Shown one piece after another: positions 1 to 12,705 of a stretch of 64,000 bases of DNA (its first letter is position 1; each line of letters starts with the position of its first letter). This DNA is from Octopus bimaculoides (Eukaryota), in assembly GCF_001194135.2 (NCBI RefSeq), contig NC_068991.1, positions 22,897,118 through 22,961,117 on the forward strand, written 5' to 3'. Position numbers and translations under genes: made by a program. The notes below the pieces were generated by a model. The model saw only the letters and a list, made by a program, of their open reading frames with translations, had not been told where the DNA came from and did not search any database.

Positions 1-69
<69 letters not shown>

Positions 70-86
70 CAGATAGATAGATAGAT
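1..86. repeat. (TAGA)n microsatellite
   Basis: Direct tandem ATAG repeats. Confidence 0.95.
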
Positions 87-365
87 AAAAATTAACAGAA
101 TAAGATAAAAAATCCAAGGCTGTGAATAGTTTTCAGAACATTTATAAGGAGAAGGTCTTACATCTGTTTCCGGGATATTTTATATATCCCTTTATCAGAG
201 ACAGTGTGAGAAAATCTCTATAATAACTATTACTTAAACATTTTCTCACTCCATCTCTGATGAAAGGATACATGAAATATATCAGAAACAGCTGTAAGAC
301 CTCTTTATAAATGTTCTGAAAACTATTCACAGCCTTGGATTTTTTTATCTCATTCTGTTAATTTT
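87..365. mobile_element. Foldback (inverted-repeat) element with hammerhead-like motifs in both arms; possibly Penelope-like-element derived
   Basis: Arm 87-215 is the near-perfect reverse complement of arm 240-365, with a 24-nt spacer. The right arm contains CTGATGA(257-263)...GAAACAGCTGTA(285-296)AGAC; the left arm has the same motif on the minus strand. Confidence 0.75.
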
Positions 366-900
366 CATATATATATATATATATATATACATGCTAATAC
401 ACGACCTATGTTAGACACCTCATCCGTATCATTATTGAACCTGGAGCTTATGTCCATAGCATTACCTGACACCTTTGGGTTTTCTTGACACCAATACCTC
501 TTATACCCTTTATATATATATATATATATATATAGATAGTTTCAGGGAAAATAACCAAGTTTCAAGAACTCATCGATGAAAATCCACTATCACATATAGA
601 AAAATTAACAATTAAAAGCACAATAAATGATTATAATATAAAACAAGGTAAATANNNNNNNNNNNNNNNNNNNNNNNNNNNNNNNNNNNNNNNNNNNNNN
701 NNNNNNNNNNNNNNNNNNNNNNNNNNNNNNNNNNNNNNNNNNNNNNNNNNNNNNNNNNNNNNNNNNNNNNNNNNNNNNNNNNNNNNNNNNNNNNNNNNNN
801 NNNNNNNNNNNNNNNNNNNNNNNNNNNNNNNNNNNNNNNNNNNNNNNNNNNNNNNNNNNNNNNNNNNNNNNNNNNNNNNNNNNNNNNNNNNNNNNNNNNN

Positions 901-948
<48 letters not shown>

Positions 949-1479
949 CATAAATATATATATGTGTGTGTCTGTGTATAATAATAATAATAATAATAAA
1001 TAGAAAATGAAATCAAAAATGAAAAGAATTCTTTATAAAAACTTTACACTCATCTCAGAAAAAGAGGCTGATGAAGGCTTTCCTGAAATTATAGAAGACA
1101 CTGAAACACATTTAACAAATGACAAAAGGTGGTGGGGGATCCTGAAAGATAAGTTAATATATTAGAATAATATAAGTTAATATATTAGAACAATATTTGT
1201 AAGAACATAGGTGTGAAGTTGAAAGGAAAAAGATAAAAGAAAAGATTTATGAGGTTAAAGCAATAAGGTGTCAGAAATAAAGATAATATGCGTGAAAACC
1301 AAAGATCCCAAAGTAAGTAGTTGTGCCAGTCTTTAGACTCAAAGCAAGAATAACAATAAAAAGAATCAACCTCATATGAGTATCAAGCTCAAAATGTACC
1401 TGACAAATAATCATGCCAATGAAGTGCAGCTACCACTGGCCAAAAACAGAACTAAACTGTGACTGAGGATTAAACTCAC

Positions 1480-1656
1480 CTGTCTGACGGAATCACACTG
1501 ATCCGTACGGTTGGTGTCTATGAGAGTTTCCTGCGGCAACGATGGCACCAGATTGGATGAAGGTTTCATATGCTCACCACTAATTACTTTGCTGGGTTCC
1601 AATAAACCTAAGTTCGCTGCAAATATTGGAACGCCTGGCTTCTTGTGAGTCACCAA
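1480..1656 (-). CDS. AFTPH: Aftiphilin exon (177 nt, phase 0 to 0); gene continues beyond the window start
   Basis: LVTHKKPGVPIFAANLGLLEPSK... matches the conserved aftiphilin segment VP.YAA.LG.LEP.K. Acceptor tttctttcttctacAG at 1658/1656; donor CAG|GTGAGT at 1480/1479. No stop codon, so further exons must lie left of the window or in the gap. Confidence 0.9.
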
Positions 1657-1929
1657 CTGTAGAAGAAAGAAAGTAACAACAAACAGACAATGATAATCAA
1701 CCATAACACACACATGCAAGAAAGATGCTGTAGAAGTAACTTAGTATGTTTCAGTTTTCCTACTAATAACAATATTTGAATTTACAAAACTAATCCCACC
1801 AATAATGGCATGGTATGTATGAGTTTTCTCTCACTAGCTTCAAGCACTAGACTGCAGTTATGGAGTACTGCCTTCAATGGTCTTAATTATTTTGCATACA
1901 GGCATCTCCCCTGCATTTCTCTTCAGCTG

Positions 1930-2195
1930 AGTGATCCTAATCTTGCAGGCTCATTGGTGCTGGTGCCACATAAAAAGCACTTGTGCTAGTGCCAAATAAA
2001 AGCACCGATGCCAGTGCTGCATAACAGCACCCAGTACACTCTGTAAAGTGATTGGCATTAGGAAGAGCATTGAGCCATAAAAACCATGCCAAAACAGACA
2101 TGGAGTCCAGGCAGCTCATCAGCTGGTCAGCTCCTGTCAAACTGTCCAACATGCCTGCATGGAAAACAGATGTATGATCATGATGATGATGATAA
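1930..2195 (+). mobile_element. Degenerate 5'-truncated RTE-LINE 3' UTR / RTE-tailed short element
   Basis: Contains the family motif GGCATTAGGAAGAGCAT...AAAACCATGCCAAAAC and ends in a (GAT)n tail like the copies at 30819-31182 and 62432-62791. Confidence 0.6.
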
Positions 2196-2592
2196 TATTT
2201 ACACCAGTATTAAGTTTGGTATTTATTTTATTGATCTCTATGTATTGAATAACCAAGTTTAGTTTATTGGCATAAAGGGGCATAACTCAATTATAACTAT
2301 AAAAACCACAAGGAACTTTCGTTTGACACGCCAATTTTAGATAGACATACACAGGTACACATATACATATAACCAATCTGTACATATTCTCTGTTTATTA
2401 AATTTCACCTACAAGGTATTGGTCAACTGCAAGCTACTGTAAGAAGCACTTGCTGAAGGTGAGACACTGAAGGGGATGGATGCATACCAAAGTTTTTAAT
2501 CATTTAACAATGTGTGTGTATGGGGGTGGGGGTGTAAACAGTATTACTGTTTAGTTTTGAGTGGAAACGACCTAAGACAAAATCTTACTCAC

Positions 2593-2728
2593 AATTTTTC
2601 TGGAATCTATCCGCAAAGTTTTAAACATCATGTTGCTGCCTTTGGAATCAGTGAAGTTATAGGTCAGGGCATCTGTGACATCAACATCCAATAGCTGTTT
2701 CCATATACAGCAACTAGATGTGTAAGCA
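2593..2728 (-). CDS. AFTPH: Aftiphilin exon, start of conserved C-terminal region (136 nt, phase 2 to 0)
   Basis: Translation (S)AYTSSCCIWKQLLDVDVTDALTYNFTDSKGSNMMFKTLRIDSRKI fits the aftiphilin pattern W..L.D......L.Y....S.S.......L.ID.R.I. Acceptor ttttatttcAG at 2730/2728; donor ATT|GTGAGT at 2593/2592. Confidence 0.9.
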
Positions 2729-5700
2729 CTGAAATAAAAGATGAGCTCAAAGTTAAAAGTCAAATATAAAAAATATATTGCATGATAATTAAATGATTAA
2801 ATGTTTTGTTCAGGAGTTGAAAAATGTTGAGGGGTTCAAACCTCCCTAGGAAAAAATGTAGCCATAACCATCTAGTCTTTTTATATATCAAGGACTACCT
2901 TGCCCAAGGTGTTACGTAAATGCATGTGTATGTGCATATGTGTGCATGCACATGCATTCATGTAGGGCTGTGTGTGTGTCTGCATCAGCAATTATTTGCA
3001 CAAAGGTGTTATGGTGGGTGTTGTCAGTTTCTCCAGTCAATATGTCATCCAGACTCTTGATGCCTTTAAGTAATCCCTTACATTAAAAAACTGGTAAGGA
3101 TTAGCATTAAGAAGTGCATCCAGCTGTGTAAAACAGTTGTTCCTCAAATAACATATTAATCTAACCCATGCACGCATGGAAAAACAGACTTGAAATGAAC
3201 AAATCTTCACTAATGTGTCCATCCATTTTAACTGCTTTAAGACAGAAGGTTGTAACTAAAAGGAGATTGGTTGTTATTTCCAGTAGGTTCAGCAACCTTA
3301 TACAAGCTCCCTCATTGATTTACTATGGGCAGGGATGTAATTCCATGGAAAGAATCATCTAATCACTGGGTGATTGCTCGGCATGGCATATCAGAGATGG
3401 TAAAAGGAAGAAAGATGAGTGCATTGAGAAAGATGAGTGAAGATATGGCTATCGTAATTACAGTAGAAGAAGCAAAAAAGAAACAATCTGTCTATGAGCC
3501 ATTGCCTATAATGAACTGGTTAGCGAGACTTTACCATTCATCTCAATGGCTCAAGACAGATGCAGTTTAAGATATTCATCTGTGTTCATATTCACAAATA
3601 AGAGAGCAGTACTCCAATGTACAACTTGCTTTAACATTGGTACCAATTCAGTATTTTATGATCCCCAAAAGAAATCATGGTCTTGAAGTGTATTTTTGGT
3701 AATGTTTCACAAACACCCACAAACAAATGTATGCATGTGTATGATATTGCTATGAGAGATAAGAGATCATGAAGTCTAACATTTGAAGTAATTTTGAGAG
3801 CTTTAGATATGTGTTGTTTGTGCACGAGGAGAAGGGAGTAGTGCAAGAGTGTTTCTCTGGGCTGGTATATTTACTGACTGTATCTTTGTACTGTTGATAC
3901 ATGCAGTATCAATGCATCATTGTTGTCTACAGATTCAGTTGTCTGTACGAGATCTATTTTTCTCTTTACAGAAAGCACTAGAGAGTTTACAACTGTTTGA
4001 CTCTCACAGTTAAATCAGAAAATGACTATTGTGTCATATAAACAAATGATGAGTAAATATAGAGTGTCATGAAGTGGCACTCCAACAAATATCTTTTTTG
4101 TTTATATTTCCTCCATTTAATCATCATTGAGTGTAGGCTTGAAAGTCCCTTTGCATCCTCTCCTGTGTTAACATTGAAAGAAATCAGTTAAAATTGCTTG
4201 AGAATTTCTTAAGCAAATGCTCATCGTCATTTTTCCTATTTTTGTTGTTAGTGATAGAAGGTACGATGTGAACTCAGAACACATGTACCAAAAAGTCATC
4301 TCAGTCAATGCTCTAACATTCCACCCACCCACTACCCAGAATTGGCATATTATTTATCAAACCCAAAAGGATGAAAGACAAAGTTGACCTCAGCAACATT
4401 TTTACTTGAAGCAAAGAATGTAGGAGAAAGCAGTACAAGGCATTCTTCCAATACTTTAACTCTGCCAATCCAACACAAGAATTTTATACACACCTAGAAA
4501 AACAAACTCCAACAACTCTATTTACCATCCATTGTTTTTTTTTTTTTTTTTTTTTTTTTTCTTAACCTGTGTCATGAGTTTCTTGTGATTCAATTTCAAA
4601 CAGCAGAAAGCCATAATTCAGAATCATGAGTTTGTATCTTAAGACCAGAATTGTGCTGTTGTAAAGTATCCTGGATAAGGCATTGAAACTCTCTCCTTGA
4701 ACTTCCCAAGCAACAGAACTATGTAACAATAGTCCCTTTCTAGACCCACCCACCACAATCTGCTGACCTAGTGTTTATCTCAAATTTCTACAACATTAAG
4801 CATTTGAGGTACCAAAATCAGCCAAGAGAGCAATGTTTCCTTTAATTTTTAGTTGTCAGAGTTGTCATAAATAATTTAATACTGTACAAATTTTTTCCTG
4901 TGACAAAAGCAAGTATAATTATTAATTACTCCATTATTTCAGTTAATTAACTTTTGTGCACCCATTAATTTGTGTGCACATTGTGCTAGTTTGAAATATA
5001 TATATGCACACACAATGCACAATTTTGAGGGGTTCGTACTGAATAGGTGGTCTATCACCAATAACTTTTTACACAAGATGAATTGTCAGACAGAACTGAA
5101 AATGAACTCATGACAGGGCCTCTATATGGTTGCTTGATTTGCTAGAAATAGCAACTAAATCTCCTTCAAATTAGATCTACCACCCAAGAACAAAAACAGT
5201 TTGTTTGACAAATCCCTCACATTTTCCATCTACCAAATGTTACCACAAGGCTTTGACCAAGCCTGGGTTACAGTAGGAGACACTTGCCCAAGGTGCTGCA
5301 CAGTGGAATTAAACCTGAAACTACATCGTTGTGAAGTAGATGTTTTAAACATAAAGCCATGCTTTCATGCATGTAGACAGATGATGGAAGTGGATCCAAC
5401 CAGAGGTAGACATTAGTAAACATATACAAAGATTATTAGTGCCAAGTCAGTGACAGACCATTAATTGTCTAATAGAAGCAATGGAGAGCAACAGCATCTT
5501 GTCAAAATATAACTGTGGTTGTTTAGCATCAGATCAAATTTGGCTAGAAGACTTATAACCAAAGGCATTCCAGCTGTAACCATCTCCCCTTTATCTTATG
5601 CACAGGGAACCCAGAATTATATTGGCCGACTTGCTTTTTTCTCAAAGATGGTCAGTGCTGCAAGAGATTTGGTAGCTATTTCAAGTAGATTCAGGAGCTA

Positions 5701-5868
5701 TGTAGAAGCTTCCTTGTGAGATCATTTATTCACTCTAAATTGGAGATGGTTGAAGCAGTAGAGCACCAAGTTAATATACTAATCCAGCCTTTTAAGCCAA
5801 TGAAGGAACTTATATGTGGTTACTTATTCTGTTAAAAACAGCAACCAAATCTGACTCAAATCATTTAT

Positions 5869-6255
5869 CTTTTACTTGTTTCAGTGATTGAATTGGGCCA
5901 CGCCAGGGTATCATCTTAAAGGGTTTAGTCAAACAACTCAACCCCAGTACTTATGTTCATTTTGTTATTTAATCTGGTACCTATCAGTCTCTTTTGCCTA
6001 ACTACTAAGTTATGGGGATGTAAACAAACCAACACCACTTGTCAAGCAGTGGTGGGAGACAAACACAACACAAAGACACATATAGATATATACATATATA
6101 TATACATACAACAGGCTTCTTTCAGTTTCCAACTATTAAATCCACTCACAAGGCTACAGTGAAAAAAACACTACTCAAAGTGCTATGCTGTGGGACTGAA
6201 CCCAAGACTGGGCAGTCCGATAAGCAAGTTTTTCAACCACACAACCACATCTCCA
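5869..6255 (-). mobile_element. tRNA-headed composite SINE (CORE-like domain + internal microsatellite + second domain), older copy
   Basis: Same architecture as the young copies at 16082-16498 and 18961-19346, more diverged. Confidence 0.7.
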
Positions 6256-6867
6256 ACAATTTTTAAAAACAAACGTCCAAACTTTCACCATAAGCCTTGC
6301 ATGATCAAGGTTGACTTCAGAATAAATCAGCACAAATATAACAATACTTAGTTTTAACCCTCCCATGTGCTAAACTCAAATGCCAGCAAGGCTCATCAAA
6401 CATGCTTTTCATCCCACCCACCACTGGTTACTGTAACAAATACCAATAAATATTCCTGATAAATACTTTAGTTGTCTACACACACCCTCCCTTACAAATT
6501 TGTGACTGGCTTTGTGCCAATGTAAGAAATCATTAAGTAATTAGTTATTATCACTACATACTTGAGAGAATTTTAGCCATTAAAAACCTTCTGGGGTAGG
6601 ATGGAGAAGCTTGTTGGCAGTTTTTCTAACTCTCATCTCACATGCCACATATTCTCTCATCCCTTAGAGCTCTGCTCTCAGAGAGAAACTATTAATAACA
6701 GTATGACATTAATGATATTAATTAGAATTAGTACACAATGGATAAGTAGCCAGAGTGTCGAAAGGAACTGGGTTGGTGGAGATGAGGAAGGTAGTTACAT
6801 GTAATATAAACCTTCCACAAAACAACTGTCCAAACAAAACACACAAAAAGAAAGCACAAAAACAATG

Positions 6868-7030
6868 TTGATGATGGTAGTGGTGATAGTGGTAGTGGGC
6901 GGTGGTGGTGGTGGTGGTGGTGGTGGTGGCAGCGGTGGCTGTGAAGAAGGAGATGATGTTGATGATGAAGATGAAGGTGACTGTCATTATCATAATCATC
7001 ATCATCATTAGGAACAGCAGCAACAACAGC
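6868..7030. repeat. (GGT)n/(GAT)n/(CAT)n low-complexity tract
   Basis: Trinucleotide repeats; explains ORF 6718..7026. Confidence 0.85.
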
Positions 7031-7439
7031 TCGATTATTATGCTCTCATGAAGTCTTTTATAATGATTATTGTTGTTTAGCCCTCCTGAGTCAGCCCTCG
7101 TTCAGCAGACCTTCTGATCTAAGGTATTTCAACCATGATGCTCCTGTCATTTTGTATATCTAGGACCACATTTATTGATGTGTCCTTCCCTTTTAAGGGA
7201 ATTTGAGGAACTTGGCTGCTTTTTCTAGTTATTATGTAGAACAGGCATAACGCCTGTATGGACAACAGCAAACACCTTGAGAAGCAGGCTGCATGGGACG
7301 TGAATCATCATCAAGCAGGTTGCACTACTAAAAGAATTCTGAGTAACTTTCTCTTAGGCATGTTATTCAGAAAATCCCATAGGCCACAGTTTGCCCATGA
7401 CTGGTGTAGATGCTCCTTTGGTGTTACAATGATATTGGT

Positions 7440-7625
7440 GGTGAGAGCAGTGGTGGTGTTGGGACCAGCGGTGGTGGGACCAGCGGTGGTGGGACCAGCG
7501 GTGGTGGTGAGATCAGTGGTGGTGGTGGTGGTGGTGGTGGGACCAGCGATGGTGGTGGCAGCATGTGCAGCAGCAGCAGCAGTGGTGGTAGTGATATTAT
7601 AAGAGGTGGTCATGGCAATGGTTGC
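7440..7625. repeat. (GGT)n tract with 15-bp GGTGGTGGGACCAGC units
   Basis: Direct tandem repeats; explains the overlapping ORFs at 7258-7655. Confidence 0.85.
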
Positions 7626-8670
7626 AGTGATAAAAATTATAATACTGAAGAATGATTATGATGATAACAACAACAATGACCTGTCTTGTAGGACACAACC
7701 AGGGAAACAAAAACATAATATCCAGTCAAATGTTATCTAAACAAACATTAAAATAACAATAAAATCGAAACAACAAAAATGTAAAAAAGAAAGGAACTTC
7801 TAATGATAATTAAAAATTGATAAATTGATTGTTGCTTATTTTAACGTAAAGGTTTATCTTCATTTCAGTTTCATTTATTTATTTCAATATACACATGCAT
7901 GTACATGCAGATACACACATTGTTGTTGTTGTTGCTGCTGCTGTTGTTATTGCTGGTTTAGTTTGTATTCATCAATGAAAATGCAATCAAAATGTTTATT
8001 ATAAATTTCTGTGGCTGGGAAAACCAACTAATTCTACACATAAAAATTCTATTAGAGAATACCAATTATTTGGAAGTCATTGCTATTGTAAAGAGAGAAA
8101 GCCATTTTTTCAATGTGATATGATGGCGGTGGTTATGGCAATGGTGGTGGGAGAGAGTCATTGTGGGTTGAGGGCAGGAAGGGTCAACCGGAAAAAAAAA
8201 ATCAAATCAAAACCCCAGGTAATTACATTACAACAGCAACACCCTGTAATATATATATTTAATTATTGATTGTGTTTGTAAAAAAAAGGAAGGCTGAAGA
8301 GATTGGTGGAATTAGAGAAAGAGGACAACTTGAGTAGTAGTGGGAGATAGAAGTATAGTGAGGGGGGCTGGAGACAGATTTATAGCATAGGAGAAGGGGA
8401 GAAAGACAAAAATAAATAAATTGCAAAAGGATAATATGGCTGGCAGAAATGTGAAGAGAGAAAACAAAATTAACTCTTTTGATGTCAACCAGGCTGAGAA
8501 TGCCTCTGGTTCTCTTATACAAAACCTCTTGTTTTCAAGAGTTCACATTCTAATTAAAACCATTCATCGTAATTTTGATAGTACTCTTCATTGAGTTATA
8601 TTCTACACATCATCTTAATAATGGCAAAGTCACTTCCAAATTCTTAAATATTGTCACATAAGGGTTAATA

Positions 8671-8985
8671 AGGCACAAGTAAAGCTGTGTGGTTAAGACG
8701 CTTGCTTTGCAATGACAATTGGTTTTGGGTTCAGTCCCACTGCACAACACTTTGGGCATTTGATAGAGAGAAACTATGTGAAAGTCCATCATGCGTGTGT
8801 GTGTGTGCATATTTGCCCCACCAATGCATGACAACTAGTGATGGCTTGTTTATGGCCCTATAACTTAGCAGTTTGGCACAAGGGGTTGGCAGAATAAGTA
8901 CCAGACTAAAAAGAAATAAGTACTGGGGTCGAGATAGTGTGCCCCAGCATGGGTGTAAGCCTAATGGCTGAAAGAAAGAAAGACT
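8671..8985 (+). mobile_element. Composite CORE-like SINE copy
   Basis: Head GCTGTGTGGTTAAG...GGTTCAGTCCCACTGC (A/B-box-like) and CTTTGGGCA, then (TG)n, then the AGAATAAGTACCAG...GTGCCCCAGCATGG domain. Confidence 0.65.
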
Positions 8986-9682
8986 AAGATAGATAGATAG
9001 ATTAAGATAGACAGATAGACTAAGACAGACAGTCAGACATACAGTCAGACAGACAGATATCAAATTAAATACACAACCAAAAGAGCTACCAATAGTTTCA
9101 TGCTATTATGATATATGACAAGACATATTCATAAAATATGCCATGTATTTTAAAGCAATCTTTCAGGCTCTGTTTATGCATTATATATAATTTTTAAAAA
9201 CAAAGACACTGGACAGTAAGGAAATAAGAAAAATATGTGGAAAAACAGGGAAAAAGGCTGGTGTAAAAAATGGAATGAGAAAAAAGAAATGAAATCAAGA
9301 ACTATGATCTTTGTTCTCCTTGACTGCAGAAAGCTCATAAAATACAACTGGTTTAAAACAAAATGACAGAAAAGATGTCAAAGTCTGCAAGACAGCAACT
9401 CAATCAGGAGCGGGTGGTGCCCTCCAATTCGATAACAGAAACTTGTCCATATATATATATATATCCCTCTCTCTCTCTTTCGGAGAGAGGCACAAGCACA
9501 TACACAGACATATACACACACGGCAGTAACTTCCACCTACCAAATTCAATCACAAAGCTTCGGTCGGCTCAGGGCTATAGCAGAAGACACTTGCCCAAGG
9601 TGCTACGTGGTGCGACTGAACCTGAAACCATGTAGCTGGGAAGCAAGCTTCCTAATCACACAGCCATGCCCGCACCTACACC

Positions 9683-9731
<49 letters not shown>

Positions 9732-10826
9732 TGTATTTATATATATATATATATACACACACACTCAAACAGATAAGAGAAGTGATGTAACACACATTTA
9801 TTCCATATATTTACAGCGGTTTCATAATCTTGTTAGTTATATAATGGATGTTATATCAATATTAACACAAACAAAATATACATATATAAACATATATACA
9901 TAAATATATATGTGTGTGTGTAAACCCATGCATAGAAAGGCATATGTACATTTTATATGTGTGTTAATATCAATGTAACATCTATTATATATAACTAACG
10001 TGATTATGAAACAGCTGTAAACATACGAAATAAACATTTACATTCTCACATCACTTCTCTTAAATGCACTATCTATATACATTCTCTCCACCATTGTACA
10101 TCCTGGATTTTCAGAATGATGCTATGGTTACCCTAACTTCTGCCATGGTCATTCTTGTCAGGTATGTAGTTGGCAAAGAGCTTAATGTGAGATCTGTTTG
10201 ATTCATTGAATCCCTATTATTACTCCATATATACATGAGAGAGAGCGATTGGAAACACATATGAACAAATAAGACAGCCTCTACGTGATTGTTGCAATAT
10301 CAGCTATAAAAAGCAATCAAATCCTTTTTCAAACTACACCTTTGCCTTAAAAAGGGAATGGCACATTAGATGATATAGTTTTAGATATACAAAAAGTCAG
10401 GATGGCCATGGTTTGGACTGCTTAAGTAGCTGACTTCAAGCAAAACAATAACACACAGACCTTTGTTGTGCCATACATACCTTTTACACACAAATATATT
10501 TCACTCACACATCATTTTCATATGCACAACATATACTGCTTTATAGCATACACTTTTGTTATCTATACCTCAATACATATATACATATATATTGTTGTCT
10601 ATCTCACTTGCACACATACACTTTCTTTCTCTTTTCCTCTCTCTCTCATCACACAGTCTTGCTCATGTCACTCTGGTTTTCTTTTATAACTCTCTTTTCT
10701 ATCATCCTCTTAGTTTGGTTCTCTCTCATCATGCCTGGTTCTCTCACAATCAGGCATGCTTCTATCGCCTTTCATATTGCTACTATTCAGTCTCCTTAAC
10801 AAGAACTGTCATATAGCTGTGCATTA

Positions 10827-10874
<48 letters not shown>

Positions 10875-11373
10875 TCCCCACTACTTTTTCTTCTATTACC
10901 CATCCATTTCAATCACTCTGGTTCCCTTCCCATGAAGTTCTGTGGGTGGAAATAAATGAAGACAAAAAGAATGAATAGAGACAAAGCAGGAAAGGGGGGT
11001 ACTCTCTATAGTCTTTTCAGGAAGGAAGATAACTTCTCTGTTGCCAGGGAATGATTACATGGTGACTATGTAAGGTAGAGGACTCATTAGTTTTGCTGGA
11101 GACAAGACAACTTCACTAGTACTGGTTCCCTGATAAAATAATCTCATTACAATTGCTCAAGTGATTGACAATATGAAGGTCATCCAGCCATAGGAACTAT
11201 GTAAAGAAATGTTACTAAGAGATGATCTCACATCCATCTAGGAGGGCAGTAACTTTTAATAAGACTGACTTGGACTATAAAAACCAATCCAACCCATGGC
11301 AGCCTAGTAAAGCAGATGCAAAATAATGATAATGTCATGCACCAAAACTATATATCATGTTGATAATGTCTCC

Positions 11374-12705
11374 TCATCGTCGTTTAACATCTGCTTTCCA
11401 TGCTGGCATGGGTTGGATGCTTTGACTGATAACTGGTAAGCTAGGAGGCTGCACCATGCCCCAATCTAATTTGGCAAGATTTCTACAGCTGGATGCCCTT
11501 CCTAATGTCAGCCATTCCAAGAGTGTGGTGGGTGCTTTTTATGTGCCACCAGCACGGGTGCCAGTCAGGCAGCATTGGCATCGGCCATACTTAAATGGTG
11601 CTTTTTACATGCCAGTCAGGTGGCACTGGCATCAGCCATGCTTGAATAGGGCTTTCTACATGTCACCGTCACAGATACCAGTCAGGCAGTACTGGCATTG
11701 GCCACGCTCAAATAGTGCTTTTTACATGCCACAAGTGCCAGTCAGGTGGCACTGGCATCGGCCACTCTCAAATGGTGCACTTCACATTACACAAGCATGG
11801 GTGCCAGTCAGGTGGCACTGGTATTGGCCACGCTCAAATGGTACTTTTTATGTGCCACCGGTACAGGTGACAGTCAGGCTGGACTGGCATCAGCCACACT
11901 TGATTGGTGCATTTTACGTGCCACAGGCACAGGTGCCAGTCAGGTGGCACTGGTAGCGACCATGCTCAAATGGTACTTTTTACATGACATCAGCATTGGC
12001 ATCAATTTTCCTTGGTTCAACAGGTCTTCAGAAGCACAGCATATTGCCTGACAATTGAAGGGTGCTTTTAAATGGGCCAGTTATGCAACACTGGCATCGG
12101 CCATGACTATGATCTCACTTGGCTTGCCGAGTCTTCTCAAGCATGGCATATCTCCAAAGGTCTCGGTCACTTGTCGTTGCCTCTATGAGGCCCAATGTTC
12201 AAAGGTTGTGCTTCATCACCTCACCCCATGTCTTCCTGGGTCTACCTCTTCCACAGGTTCCCTCCACTGTTAGGGTGTGACACTTCTTCACACAGCTGTC
12301 CTCATCCATATGTAACACATGACCANNNNNNNNNNGTTCCCTCCACTGTTAGGGTGTGACACTTCTTCACACAGCTGTCCTCATCCATATGTAACACATG
12401 ACCATATCAATGCAGTTGTCTCTCTTGCATACCACATTTGATGCTTCTTATGTCCAAATTTTTCTCTCAGGACACTTACACTCTATCATGCATGCACACT
12501 GACATTACACATCCAACGGACCATACTAGCTTCATTTCTTTCCAGTCTACGCATGTCCTAAGCCATCACAGCCCATGTTTCACTGCCATGTAGCATGGCT
12601 GTTCACACACAAGCATTATACAGTCTACCTTTCACTCTGAGTGGGAGGCCCTTTGTAACTGGCTCTTTGAACTTTGTCCAGCCTATTCTTATTCTAGGAG
12701 CTGTC
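11374..12705 (-). mobile_element. 5'-truncated RTE-clade LINE: RT C-terminal region, stop at ~12115, 3' UTR with 66-bp tandem repeats, (GAT)n-type tail
   Basis: Minus-strand decayed ORF ...MRRLERNEASMVRWMCNVSV...GHVLHMDEDSCVKKCHTLTVEGTCGRGRPRKTWGEV...LEKTRQAK*, typical of the RTE ORF end. It is followed by ~8 units of a ~66-bp repeat, the AGGAAGGGCATCCAGCTGTAGAAA motif and a GTTAAACGACGATGAG tail. Confidence 0.85.
11531..12110. repeat. ~66-bp minisatellite (about 8 units) with internal hairpin GCCAGT-N8-ACTGGC
   Basis: Unit starts at approximately 11531, 11597, 11649, 11714, 11773, 11840, 11906 and 11972, with a diverged unit near 12061. Confidence 0.9.

Noticed and set aside
4535-4760. 26-nt poly(T) next to a 64-aa minus-strand ORF whose stop lies just before the poly(A): possible retrocopy
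   Set aside because: No recognisable protein similarity and no TSD found.
11456-12051. Repeat array and 166-aa PVRWHW repeat ORF that superficially resembles a CRISPR array or a novel repeat protein
   Set aside because: The context is eukaryotic with no cas genes, there are no unique spacers (whole units are homologous), and the array lies in an RTE 3' UTR. The open frame follows from the 66-bp period.
12257-12405. ~69-bp direct duplication on both sides of a 10-N gap
   Set aside because: Typical unmerged contig overlap; probably an assembly artefact.
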